Assembly: GCA_024679065.1 (NCBI GenBank)
Contig: JAGIQG010000013.1
Coordinates: forward strand, 23,932,001 to 23,996,000
Source of the DNA: Sphyrna mokarran
Lineage: Eukaryota
Reading direction: 5' to 3'
Length of the DNA stretch: 64,000 nt
Part shown: positions 40,819 to 53,615 of the stretch, piece by piece
Layout of the letters: each line of letters opens with the position of its first letter
Position numbering within the stretch: the stretch's first letter is position 1
Notes under the pieces: generated by a model
What the model saw: only the letters and a program-made list of their open reading frames with translations
Told to the model about the DNA's origin: nothing
Database searches by the model: none
Made by a program: the position numbers and the translations under genes

Positions 40819-41885
40819 TTTTACTATCAAATAAATCGGTTGGATTAAAAATTGGTGTTGCTAAATTCTTACTGAGTTCTCCCAACAGTGGCCAGTGTAA
40901 AAATATATTCATTGCTGACACTGAGGTTTTGTTTACCGGATCACAGCTTGGATAATTATTGCGGTAGTTATCGAGGAGAAGTTGGACAAGGTATCAACTT
41001 CTCCTTGATACCTTGAGAATCAAGGAGCATTTTTAATAACTGCTGTGACTGCTCTTCTATTCACAACGCCCGTATTTATAAATATAGAAATTATTTATAC
41101 AGATCAACCATCCTGGATAACAGCCAGCGATGAATCAATCAGCAGTTTATTAATAAATGAAGTTTGATTATGCACGCGACAGATGGTTAAAATAGTTTGC
41201 AATAGGTTTTCAGATTTACACTTCAGTGAAGATACTGTATGCAAGATAATGGCTAGATTCTGGGGCATCTCGGCAGTATATGGCTTAAGGGCACATTTGT
41301 ACCATTTACACGTGTTTGAAATCCGTGACTTGCACTCAGACGGTCAGGAAGGAACATTGCTGCTTACTTGGGATTAAGAACGAGAATAGGCTGTTCACTC
41401 CACAAATCATGTCTAGCTTGTTCTATTATGGGCTTCACCAATTTATTTCATCTCTCAAGGGAAGATTCAGCTGCTCTGGGCCGCCAAAGATGATTTGGAC
41501 AAAATCTCTGAATTCCTCTCAGCATTTAAAAATATCAGAATCATGTCTGTTCAGCTTTCTGTTCGCTAAGGAAAATACACGGAATTTTCTGACTCCCACT
41601 TAAGGAGGTAGCACTGTATTTTCTGGAATGAGCGTTCAACCTCTTCTCACACGCCACAGTTTGAAAGACGTGCTGTTAGGTCTACAAGCGCCGGAGCATG
41701 GCGATTAGGGGAATTTCACTGTAACTTCATTGCAGTGTTACTTATGACTATAGTCTAACATTACAGCCTTATTTACGACTAATAAATAATCTTTACTTAT
41801 TGCTGTATCAAAAGTCATGTTGATGGTATAGTAGCTTAGGGTATGCAAAGTTAGACGTGTCTGATTTTGAACTAGTCCCAGCAAT

Positions 41886-42155
41886 GGAGCGGCACGGTGA
41901 CACAAGATTAGCACTGCTGTTCCAACAGCACCATGGACCTGAGTTCAATTCTTAGCTTGGGTCATTGTCAGTGCCGAGACTGCACGTTCGCCTCGTGTCT
42001 GTATGGATTTCCTTCGAGTGCTCCAGTTTCCTATCAGTCTGAAAAATGTGTTGGCCATGCTAAATTCTCCCTCAGTGTGCCTAAACAGGTGCTAGAGTAT
42101 GGGGACTAGGGGAAATTCATAGTAACTTCATTGCAGTGTTAATGTAAGCCTACTT
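41886..42155 (+). mobile_element. HE1-type SINE, alternative tail (a partial copy also lies at 41605-41795)
   Basis: Head, core and tail. Confidence 0.8.
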
Positions 42156-42984
42156 TAATGCTTAAAAATATACACTTGTGGAACACAGGAAATCAAATGC
42201 TGTAACCCCTCCAGAAAGTCATTAGAAGCTATTTCATAATAAGGATTTGTGCATATATACTGTGGATTTCTTTTCCAATTGCAACGTGTGAGTGAATTTG
42301 TTTGAAAGTCACCTTTGGCCCACAGGGATAAGCTATGGTTCATATTACACTCTTTTCAGACCACCTGAAGGTTTAACTGGTTTATACTGCACCAGAAGAA
42401 TTTTTACCCAATTCACTTTGATTTCAACCCTTCGTGAACCCAATCTTACTTCCTGGGTTTATATTTCATCACAATGTCTGCATGCTAACGTCACACTTGA
42501 GCCACTTTTATAATAAAGTTAATTGATAAAGGCAAGTAAGGCAAAGAATGACTAAAAGATTTCTCCTGAGAATCTGAATCAGCCACTCCACAGCTCCACA
42601 TTAAAACACGTCTGACCCTGACCTGCGACCCTAACACTGTGGTGGATAATATGAGTGTAATATCATCAGCATTTTTTAATGGAATATGCTGGGCCAACAT
42701 TTATTGTCCATCCCTGCGGGTTCTTAATATGATCTGAAATAATCTCTGACTGAATACAATCACAAAGTCAAAATGATGTGATTATGACTTTCTATGAATT
42801 GATAGCAACTTTATCGCCTCCAAACTTGTCACCACAGAGGTTATTTCTTTTTAAATGCTTTAAAGTGTTCAATTTTACAAGTAGGCCAAAGTAAAAATTA
42901 TAACAGAACAATAGAATAATTAAAGGCTTAAAATTAGGATGTCAAATGAGTTGAAAGTTCCATTGGCATCTAAAAATCCCTGAG

Positions 42985-43230
42985 GACATTTAAGAGTCAA
43001 CCACAATGCTGTGGATCTGGCGTCACATATACTGGCCAAACTAGTGTGGCGGATTTACTTCCCTAAGGAACCAGATTTTTTTTGACATTGATTTTTAATT
43101 CCAGATTTTTATTGAATTCAGTTTTCACCATTTGCCTTTGTGAAATTCAAACCCAAGTCCCCAGACCATTACCCCAGGTCTCTGGATTACTGATCCAGTG
43201 ACAATACTACAATGTCACTTCCTCCCTTGA
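42985..43230 (-). mobile_element. Second SINE family copy
   Basis: Matches 47745-48090 in reverse. Confidence 0.7.
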
Positions 43231-43313
43231 GTGTTCCAGTATGGTTATTGTTCCCAATCTCCATTTACACAGAAACTTCAACACCCACAGGTGGTGTATA
43301 AATACATTCTCAC

Positions 43314-44680
43314 ATAAGAACAAAAGAAAAAGGAGCAGGATGCAATTAAGCCCTTTGAGCCTGCTTCGCTATTCTTATCATGGCCTCAACTCCACTTACC
43401 TGCCCATAACCTTTCATAATTCTTCAACCTATTACTAATTTAAAACCAAAACCAAACTCCTCCTTAAATTTATTCAATATTCTGGCATCCACCGCACTCT
43501 GGGGAAGTGAATTGTACAGATTCATATCCCTTTCAGAGAATAATTTCTCCTCACTTCTGTTTTGAATTTGTTACCCCTTATGCAAAAACTATGGCCTCTC
43601 ATACTAGATTATCCCACAAGAGGAAACCTCCGCTCCATACCTACTTTGTTAATCCCCTATATTATCTTATATACTTCAATAAGATCTCTCATTTTTCCAA
43701 ACTCTACAGTATGGACCCAAATCTCTGCTTATATGACAAACTGCACATCTCTGGAATCAATCTGGTGAACCTTCTCTGAACTGTCTCCTATGCAATTATA
43801 TCACTCCCCAAGTAAGAGGAACTGTGCACAATACTCCAGGTGTGGTCTCACTAATGCACATTGCATTTGCAGCAACACCTCCCAACTTTTATGATCTATT
43901 CCTTTAACAACAGATGCCAAAATTCCATTTGCCTTCCATATTACTTGCTGTTCCTGCATTTTAACTTTTTGCCATTCACACATGAGAACACCCAGATCCC
44001 ACTACACCAAAGCACCACAATATTTTTCTCCATTTAGAAAGTAGGTTATCTTTCTAGTCTTAACAAAATGGATAACCTCACACTTATCCACATTTTTATT
44101 CACCTAACTTATCCATATCCATTTGTAAATTTTTTATTTCTTCATTGCAACTTTATCACCCAACTTTTTTAAGTGTCATCTGCAAATTTGGCTTCTACCC
44201 CTGCATTCCAAGTCATTCATATAGATTGCAAATTAAAGTTTATCATTTTTACTTACAAGCAAGGCTTACAGTAATACTGCAATGAAGTCGCCACAGTCTA
44301 GCCCTGTTCAGGTCAACGCATCTGACCAGCACATCTTTCAGACTGTGGGAAGAAATTGGGGTACCTGGAGAAAACCCACACAGACACAGGGTGAATACAC
44401 AAGCTCCAGAGAGAGTGGCCCAAGCTGGGAATCAAACCTAGGTCCCTGGTGCAGAGAAGCAGCAGTACTAATCAATGTGCCATTCTGCTGCCCAGTTGAG
44501 AACCAAGAACCAAACTCTGTGGCACCCTGTTAGTTATATCTTGCCAACCAGGAGAAGACCCACTAATTCCCTATCCTTTGCTTTCTGTTGGTTATAACCA
44601 ATCCTCGGTCCAAACTATTTCCCCAACCCTGTGTGATCTTACCTTGTGTGTTATTTGTGCGGCACTTCATCCAATGCTAT
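43314..44680 (-). mobile_element. CR1 LINE fragment with a nested HE1 SINE (44235-44492)
   Basis: KANGILA...[12 protein letters not shown]; KFADDT at ~44180; CR1 tail at 43314. Confidence 0.85.
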
Positions 44681-45008
44681 TTTCCTGAATCAAGTAGAAT
44701 CAGTGGATATTTGTAACAGGGCAGGCTTGTGAATTCCAATGGTATAAACACGTTTACCCTGGATATTAAAATCATTGACAAATGTTACTTGTCACCTGTT
44801 GTTTGGAATCGTTATGTTATTTCCAGAAAGAGTTCAGATGGTTAGGGATTGTCACTGGAAGAATGTTGAGTCGTGCTTTAAGTAATTCGTTTGGTATGTC
44901 GAAAATTTGATACCTAGCTTATGATCAAATTAATGCATTATTAGTCAGAAGTCCAGTGGAATATATCTATACGTGAAGTATGTGACGAGTAGGTTTAAAT
45001 GAAACTGA

Positions 45009-45100
45009 GTTTATCTGAATGAATAGAATGAAATTTATCTGCATATTTGAATTTATCTGATATTAAATTTATCTGAATATTAAATTTATCTGAATATTTG
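45009..45100. repeat. Degenerate AT-rich minisatellite (~16-17-bp unit aatttatctgaatatt)
   Basis: Five tttatctg cores, bracketed by the direct repeat aatgaaactga. Confidence 0.8.
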
Positions 45101-47744
45101 AATGAAACTGAACTCCAGATGCAAAGAACAAAACTCCGCAGGAGTTTAGTGCTGTCGTTTAATACTGTCAAGGACTGTGGACCTAAAGGAGTATTTGTTA
45201 CAGATGATTGCACTCGAAGGTTGGATCAATTCCCTTCTTACTCGGTAGCCGTTGCTGTGTATAAATAAGTCCGATTTTGGAGTTAACACTTTAATGTAAT
45301 TTTCACTGCGGTAGATACTCTTAACATCCCGCGTTTCTTTGCTATTGGAAATGGCCAAACTGTGTGTGAGAGAGAAAGAACATGTATTCAATCTAGATAT
45401 ACCTACTCATACTTACATTGAATCCTCTAGAAAGTTTAAAATCTTTTTATTGCAAGTATTATGCTTCTTTTTGATAACCGTTCAGTTTCGGCTCATTCTT
45501 CCTCTGTCTATCGTAGCAATAGTTTAATCCTGCCTGTCTGCAGTGTTTGAATGTAAAATAAAAGCCGCACGTTAACACAAAACATGACAGCTGCAAAAAA
45601 TTTTTTAACAGAGGACAAATTCATAATAAGCTTTTTTGTATATCCCTGCAGATGGTTTAAATCTGATCCCTAGCAATTTCACCACTGGGGGAATTACATT
45701 GATTGTTGGTTCTGAAAATGACTGGAGTTGTTATTCTTCTAGAATTAGCCTAATTGTGTGTATATAACATGCGATGTATGGAAACGAAGGCGGGGGTGGG
45801 GGCGGTGTTGCTTAACACTTGTTGCTGTCTATTAGAATGTAATTATTTGATTATATACTTTGCAATCGAAAGTACAACTTGTATGGTAAGAGATGTAACA
45901 GCGTCCCACCATTACTTGCAATTTTAAGTTGTCTCACAAAGCATGAAATTTTGAGTTAAAATAAAATTCTCCTTTAACAATCACTGCAAAAATATGCAGG
46001 TTTGAATTGTAAGCAATGTTTTCCGCAAGTATTCTTTTTATTAACATCAGCAATGAGTTTTACAGTTTGCTGTACAAATAATACTGAAACAAGTTCACTG
46101 AGAAAATCTTGCCACATGAATTTCCCTTGGCCTTTGCCTCACTTTACGCATTTTTATTATAAACAGAGAACAACATATGTAACATCTTGGAAAGAATATA
46201 TTCAACACAGAATCTTGATTGCCTCCATTCAAAAAAGAAACAACGTTTAATTTGAACCAAAAAAAACTTTGGGAATTGATAGTAGATGATAAAGTTACCA
46301 AGTCGTACACTGGTGGGAGATAAAACTGGATGCGAAATGTCATTCATTCCCTTCAGAGCTACTTTCAATTTGCTCCAGAGCAGATGAGTCGTGGGTGCAT
46401 TACTTTTTTTTCATCATACTCAATATGGTTTCTAATCTGATCTGATAGATGGATTTTGAAAATGATCTCTGACTTAATACAACGACAAATGGTGTGTCTT
46501 ATGCCTCTCCAGGAATTGAAAGCAACTTCTATCACCTTCCTTTCCATATTTGGTGTAGCTTTGAAACATGTCACCACAGAAGTTTTTTTTAAAAAAATGG
46601 CTTTAAAAGATTCAATTTTACAACGAGTCCAAAATAAAACTTACTATGATAGAACAATTAAAGGCTTAACATAAGGGCATGAAAATGGATTGAGAGTTCT
46701 CTTAGTGTCTAATTAAGTATTAAAAATGAATGCACAATTTATCAACCGTTTCATTTTACAATGATCAACCATTTAGCTTTTATAAAAATAAACCTTGTAG
46801 ATTCTGAATGGAGAGACTGAATGGAGGATACTTTTGGTATAAAATCTTGTCTCTTTTTTATTTTCTCTTTGGTTTTGTTAAAATGCTATCTTAATTTGCA
46901 AAGAAATATCTTTTTTTGTGATAATAATGTAGATAAACCTATATCCAAAATGCCAAGGAAATGTAGAACCACTGTGTATATTACTATAGTAGACTAAATG
47001 AAATGAAAGACCTTTCAATTTGGATTAAAGACATGATAAAAGTGCTACTGCAGTCCACAAATGGTTAACTATACTTAAATAAGTAAGAAATCAAGAAAAA
47101 AATGCAGATATCCCTGGTACAATCACATTACATTTTTAACTTGAACAGAGTAATAGACACTTATATAAAAAAATCCAATACTTCACATACTTTTTTAACC
47201 ACAAAAATAAAAGAATTTTTCTGTTGTGCCTCATACAATTTTCCACCCAGTGCTTCAACTTTATAAAATTTAATTGAAGCAGATATTCACCCAACAAGTT
47301 GTGCTAATTGTCCTCCAAAACCATCAAATTCTATACAAACTAGGCTATGAAACCCACTGCTAGATGTTGAAAATAGGTAGCCGTATTATCTTGCTGTAGC
47401 AATAATTATTGAATCACTTCCATCACTGAGATTTTGATAGGTTCTACAAATTTACTTTTCATTTTCTCTCAAACATTTTGCCAGCTTGCTCAGAGTAGAT
47501 GCTCACAGAATCCCCCTTGTTTTCCATCATAATATTTCTTGAAGATAGTTGGTCAAAAGCAAATGCTCTGGGTCATCATTTTCATTCCTTCAGGTTCCAG
47601 AGGCATATTTTATTCATCAACCCGTGAGAGATCCACCATACCAAAGAGCTGAAATCAAGATTAAACACAGACATTTAATTAACAAAATTATAGAACCAAT
47701 GATAAGCAAAGCTGATTTAGAATCAGACAGGTCCTTTGCTTTTA

Positions 47745-48090
47745 TGGGGAGGCAGTGGCATTGTGATATTGTCACTAGACTTGGAATCCAGTGACCCAAG
47801 ATAATACTCTGGGGACCTGGGTTTGAATTCCACCATGGCAGATGGTGAAATTTGAATTCAGTCAAAATCTGGAACTAAATACTGACGACAAGCATGAAAC
47901 CATTGTCAATTGTTGTAAAAACCCATCTGGTTCACTAATGTCCTTTAGGGAAGGATATTTACCATCTTTACATGGATTGGCCTATATATGTCTCTGGACT
48001 CACAGCGACATTGACTCTGATTGACTCTGAATTACATTTAGGGATGGGACAATAAATGCTGGCACAACAGTGAAGCCTGCATCCCATTAA
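47745..48090 (+). mobile_element. Second tRNA-derived SINE family, near full length
   Basis: A box (gcagtggc), B box (gggtttgaattcc), tail tagggatggg.caataaatgctggc shared with the LINE at 1-451. Confidence 0.8.
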
Positions 48091-48564
48091 CAACTTTTTT
48101 TTAAAAAAAGTCTTGATGTAGAAACCTTACAAGAATTGAAAACAAAGCTATGTCTTAAAAACTAGTCTTGAAATATAGTTTTACTATTTATCAGCAATGA
48201 TCTTAAAATGATCTTATCTCTTTTTTGACAAATAAAAAGGAGAAAAACATTTGAAACCTCATTCAACTTAATTCTAGGATACCTTAGGATTTTCGAAGGA
48301 TAGGAAAGGTTCAGTCAACAATGTACTCTACTGCAGCAAAAGAGGAAGATAATGTTGCATTAATGACATTCGAAGAGATCAAAACCAGAACTGGTATCAT
48401 TGGTATAGCTCAGACCTAATGATGTAAGAAGTTACTAGATGACAAACTCCAGCTTTACAGAAAAATTAGTGATTTTCTTCAACCTCCTTTCACCAGAATA
48501 TACCCACAGATAGTCAAATAGCAACAGGATAAATCTGTAACAAAAAATGATAAAAGGAGCTTAA

Positions 48565-48910
48565 GGCGGCATAATGGTGCTGCCTCACAACACAAGGGAC
48601 ATGCGTTCAATTGCCACTTGGGTGGTTGTCTGTATGGAGTTTGTACATTCTCCCTTTGTCTGAAGGGTTTCCTTCAGGTGCTCCAGTTTCCTCCCACACT
48701 TTAAAGATGTACAGGTTAGATGGATTGACCAGCATAAATTGCCTCATAGTGTCCCAAGAAGTGCAGGATAGATGGATTAGCCATGGTAAATGTGTGGGGT
48801 TACGGAGATAGGGTGGGGTGATGGACAGGTAAGATTCCCTGTCAGAGAGTCGGTGCAGCTGCAATTGGTCAAATGGCTTCCTTTTGCACTATCTGGATTC
48901 TACGATTCTA
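48565..48910 (+). mobile_element. HE1-type SINE
   Basis: Core plus HER1-type tail. Confidence 0.8.
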
Positions 48911-49687
48911 AGTTTATTAAAGAATGCAAAAAGTCAAGAACGTATGTTTGTTTTAAACTGTTGTTTCTTATTGCCTGGAAATCAAATGGATGCATTAGCA
49001 TGACATTGCTATACAATTGCATTATATTTTTGATTTGACGCTTTCAAAAGTTCAAAACAGAATTGAAACTTTAGCAAAGGAAAGGAATTGTGAAAAAATT
49101 GCAGGCATACTCTTAACACTGCTCAATAAAATATTTTATGTGATGGTAAGGCATAAGTTTTAAATATGCATGCTTGGCAACACAGATATGGTACTCTGAT
49201 ACAATATTGTCATAAAGTGATGGAATGTGGATTTTCCTAAAGAATTCTCTTTTGGGGAGTTTATCATTTTGTTTTTTCCAACAAGCTGGGACATCAGCTA
49301 AGGATTAACTATCACTTCAAAGGTTGATGGAGAACTCTTACAATGAGTTGGTCAAACTGGTCATCCACAACTCCTAAAGAGCTGCAGGGGCATAGACACC
49401 AGAACATATTATCCAGCTCTTCAATTCAATTAAAGAATATGCCGTTATGTGAACAAAAAGGATGGACTTTTATTCGAGTGGTTTCAATTTCTTAATTAAA
49501 TAAATAGGAATGTAGCAAAATGCTACATCACATATGTTATAGGCAACTTAATTGCTTTTATTGTTATTTTTCTAATATTTAATGAGCACAAATCATCATT
49601 ATAAACACTTGCATGCTAATTTTGAGAGGAAAACTTGATAAATTGGTTCACAAGCAATATTTATTTTCAGGTTTGAATCCTTATCAT

Positions 49688-49985
49688 GGGTGGCACAGTT
49701 GTCAGCACTGCTGCCTCATAGCGTCAGGGACTCAGGTTCAATTCTTGGCTGTGTCGCTGTCTGTGCAGAGTGTGCATGTCCTCCTCGTGTCTGCATGGGT
49801 TTCCTGCTTTGGTTTCCTCCCACACTCCAAAAAGATGTTCTGGTTAGGTGCATTGGCCACGCTAAATTTTCCTTCCCTCAATGTACCCAAAGAGGCATCA
49901 CAGTGTGACAACTAGGGGATTTTCACAGTAACTTCATTGCAGTGTTAATGTAAGCCTACTTGTGACACTAATAAATAAACTTTAT
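49688..49985 (+). mobile_element. HE1-type SINE, alternative tail
   Basis: Full head, core and tail. Confidence 0.85.
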
Positions 49986-50475
49986 TTTCAGACTTTGTTT
50001 TTCCTTTTTTGAATTCTCTTCCAAAAACCTTTGAGCCTCATTACCTTTCTTCCTGCCTCTAGAAACCTCCAACAAAAACTATATTTGTTCCTTCTCCTCG
50101 GAATTCCATTAGTTCCTACTCGATGTTCATTTATATTCTTTGGTAGTACTTTATTATCATTGTGAACATATATCTTGATGAAGATATTTTTCCAATTATT
50201 TTTGTATATATATCCTAGAATTTGAGTCAATAACTCCACTTGTTTGTGTAGTTTCATTTTTCATCCTCATTGGATGTTGTGCCAACCTGCATGCCTCTTT
50301 TTACATTGTAATCTACAACCATGGTAGCAGGGGTTGGAGCTTATGTGACTTTAGATTAAGTTTCCACAGCACCACTCATATCTTTGGCCCAAGTTGCTCA
50401 TGCTGCAATAGAACCTGAGGCATCTAGTCCACAGGCATGGTGATGGATGATGCTGCCACTTCATGCTGGAAAGGA

Positions 50476-50728
50476 TGTACATGAATTAGAAGATATTACA
50501 GAGGTGCATGGTAGCCTACCACCTCTCCAGCTTCCTAGCAGGCTTTCTAATGGACCAAGCACTTTATTGCACATACATTCCTTTATAGATTGCCCTATTG
50601 AGGTGCTCACTGAGGCATCAATGGCAGAATCCATGACTTTCCCTTCTGGTTAGCTGGCATCTATATTGTTCCTTGTCCCTGGTTGTAGGCTACCATGCAC
50701 CACTATAATATCTTCTAATTCATGTACA
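50476..50728. repeat. 48-bp inverted repeat with a ~157-bp spacer
   Basis: 50476-50523 versus 50681-50728, 3 mismatches. Confidence 0.85.
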
Positions 50729-51329
50729 GAGCCAGTATCTGAGCTAATGATTGTAATCGTGAAAACAAGTGATAATGCTGTGCTTTCATCATTACTAACT
50801 TCATGTACTTTCTTCACTGCCTGGTCAGTTTGCACTTCTTAGATCTCTGAAAGGATCAGTGCGTATAGATATGTTTGTGATGTGGGATGAGGGGAAAGTA
50901 AGAGATGCATGCTTATCCCGTCTGCAGATTGTAAATCAGAAAACGGTGCAGGATAAGGCTTGAAGTAGAATGTGAGAAAGAGTTTTTGGTGTGAGAACAC
51001 CTTGATTTTTAATACTTTCTGTCCTTCCACTGACTAGGCAATGGGTGTTGCAAAAATGGCCAGCACCATGCCCAGGGATTAGAACATGCAATATACAGGT
51101 CCCACTCCGTTTAGATCCTGCTCTCACCAGTTGTGTGCCAGAATTTCCTGCAAGAGAGAGTGAATTGTGTCACTCAGCATGGTGCAATGTGTTTGGATGA
51201 TGTGGCTGTCATGGTTGAATAGCTGATGGTGTGTGTCACTTGTGACATATGAGTGTCAGACATGTGGCGGTGCTAAGTATGTAGAGGTGCAATGGAGCAT
51301 TTGAATGCTAGGTATGAGTTCTGATCGCC

Positions 51330-52050
51330 TCAGCTCATCTGTTGATGAAACCCTCATTCATGCTTTTACAATCTCTATGCTACCCCAGTGCACTCCTGGC
51401 CAGCCTCTTACATCTTCTGTAAACTTGAAGTCTTTCAAAATTCTGCTCCCCTTTTCTTTACAGATCAAGTCCCTAATCATTCTGCTCAGTGACCTGTTCC
51501 TATTTAAATTCCTTATGCCTTCACACCTTCCTGTCTCTGCAGTTTCTTCCAGTCCCATAACTCTACAAGACAGTGGCCTCTTAATCATTTCTGATTTCAG
51601 CTGCTCCATTGTTTTTGGCTGCACTTTCAGCTACAATATACTTAGCTCTGAAATTTCATTCCTAAATTCTCCAACTCACTAGCTCTCTATAAGATGCTTC
51701 ATAAAGCCTGCCTTTGACCAAACTTTTGGTTAACTGCCCCATATGGCTCCACATCAAATTTTGTTTTATCCTCTTCCTGAGACCCTGAACTAAAGCTGGG
51801 GTCAAACTCAACTCTGCCAGAAACGTGATGATGACAAGATTGGGAGCCATTTTACCCATAGCCATCAAGATTTCCTTTAGTCTTGTGAAAGTCTTCATTG
51901 TGGTCATCCCCTTCCTCTACATGGCCACTCAGATCACAAGAGCTTTGCCTCATTACTGGTGGAACATGATGCAGGTTGATGATGATAATGAGGATGAATT
52001 GTAAAGTGCTTTGGGATGCTTCATGATGTTCAAGGTGAATTGTTGTTGAT
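51330..52050 (+). mobile_element. L2 LINE 3' fragment
   Basis: ETLIHAF motif; tail tgtaaagtgctttgggatg. Confidence 0.7.
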
Positions 52051-52197
52051 AGAGATTTTTGGTATGTGAGACGTTGGGCACCAAGCATCATTATCCTCCA
52101 CAGCTATCTACACTCGTTGCCTTCAGAGTGTGCGTCAGGAGGACTATGTGGCCCCATGTGGATACAGGACATCATTCCCAATTTAGCACCCCCCCCT

Positions 52198-52348
52198 NNN
52201 NNNNNNNNNNNNNNNNNNNNNNNNNNNNNNNNNNNNNNNNNNNNNNNNNNNNNNNNNNNNNNNNNNNNNNNNNNNNNNNNNNNNNNNNNNNNNNNNNNNN
52301 NNNNNNNNNNNNNNNNNNNNNNNNNNNNNNNNNNNNNNNNNNNNNNNN
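52198..52348. other. Assembly gap (151 N)
   Basis: Run of n directly after a poly-C tract. Confidence 1.
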
Positions 52349-53324
52349 AATTGTACCTTGACCAATATATCCCTGATCAGATTCAGTTCAGAAAGGATTC
52401 ACAGCACCTGCTCCAGCCACAGTGGATCCCTCTTTAAAAAGTGCAGACTTGCTTTAAATTATGTTAAATCAACAGCACGATAACAGCTGTCTGCATGCTA
52501 CATAGTTAGAACAGCAGGCAATATGAAGTTGCTGTGCTCCTTGTGTTGGGTGCATTAACTGTGCATTGGCATCTCCGCACCAGGTTTCATGACCTATTTG
52601 CTCATAGTTACTTGCTGAATTGTATCTTACAGAATAATTGATCTTTGAGCATGAAAGCCAGAAGGCCATTGGAGTGGGCCAATGATCCTGGTTCTGCTCT
52701 CACCTGACATAACCTGTCCACCTTTCAAAATAGGCAGTGAACAGTTATTGACCCAGATTCATTCCAATTTAGACAAGATCAATTTCATGAGAGGGAACCC
52801 AGATCATACTTACCGAGTGAGTACCCAAAGTGGATAGTGACTATTTACTCAGACACTGTGAAAGCTTCATTTGAAATTAGAAAACAAAACAGCATTTATT
52901 TTTTATTCACACCCTGTTCTGAACTAAAAAGGATGGCATAGAGTCAGTTATCAAAGAGAAAGGCTTTGATAAGCGTGTATAATGAAAGGAATAGTTAAAG
53001 CACAGATTAAACTGCTAAAGAATGAAGAGGGAATCTATTTGTTGAGGTTGATGGTATTGTGGAGATATTTGCTATGTTGGGAATGGTTGATGTTGACACT
53101 AAGCTGAGAGTGGATCATGAATCTATTGCAGAACATGCTTGATTTTCAATCCACTGATTTCAGCAATTGAGTGAGTGATCTGTTCTGCTAGGTTACAGTC
53201 CAAGAGCGAAGTTAAAAATTATCAGCATTGTCTGAGTTTCTACAAATATTCAAGTTTATTTATTAATCACAGATAGGCTCAACATTAACACTACAGTGAA
53301 AAATTACTGCATAAAGTTACTGCA

Positions 53325-53615
53325 TGATGGTGCAGTAGTTAACACTGCTGCCTCACAGTGCCAGGGGCATGAGTTTGATTCCAGCCTTGGATCACTGTCT
53401 GTGCAGACTCTGCACATTCTCCCTCTAACTGTGTGGTTTTCCTCCAGGTGCTCTAGTTTCCTCCCACAGTTCAGAAGACACACTGCTTAGATGCACTGAT
53501 CATTCTCCCTCAGTGTACCCGAACAGGCACCAGAGTGTGGCGACTTGGGGATTTTCACAGTAACTTATTGCAGTGTTAATGTAAGTCTACTTATGACACT
53601 AATAAATAACCTTTA
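53325..53615 (+). mobile_element. HE1-type SINE, alternative tail
   Basis: Head, core and tail. Confidence 0.85.

Larger units (their letters stand above)
40498..40880. mobile_element. Penelope-like element-derived palindrome (inverted pLTR-type structure)
   Basis: Arms 40535-40696 and 40719-40880 are reverse complements with about 4 mismatches; flanked by the direct repeat ctcccaacagt (40487-40497, 40879-40889); related to the pLTR at 54384. Confidence 0.8.

Noticed and set aside
52059-52437. ORFs spanning the N run
   Set aside because: Artefacts of the assembly gap.
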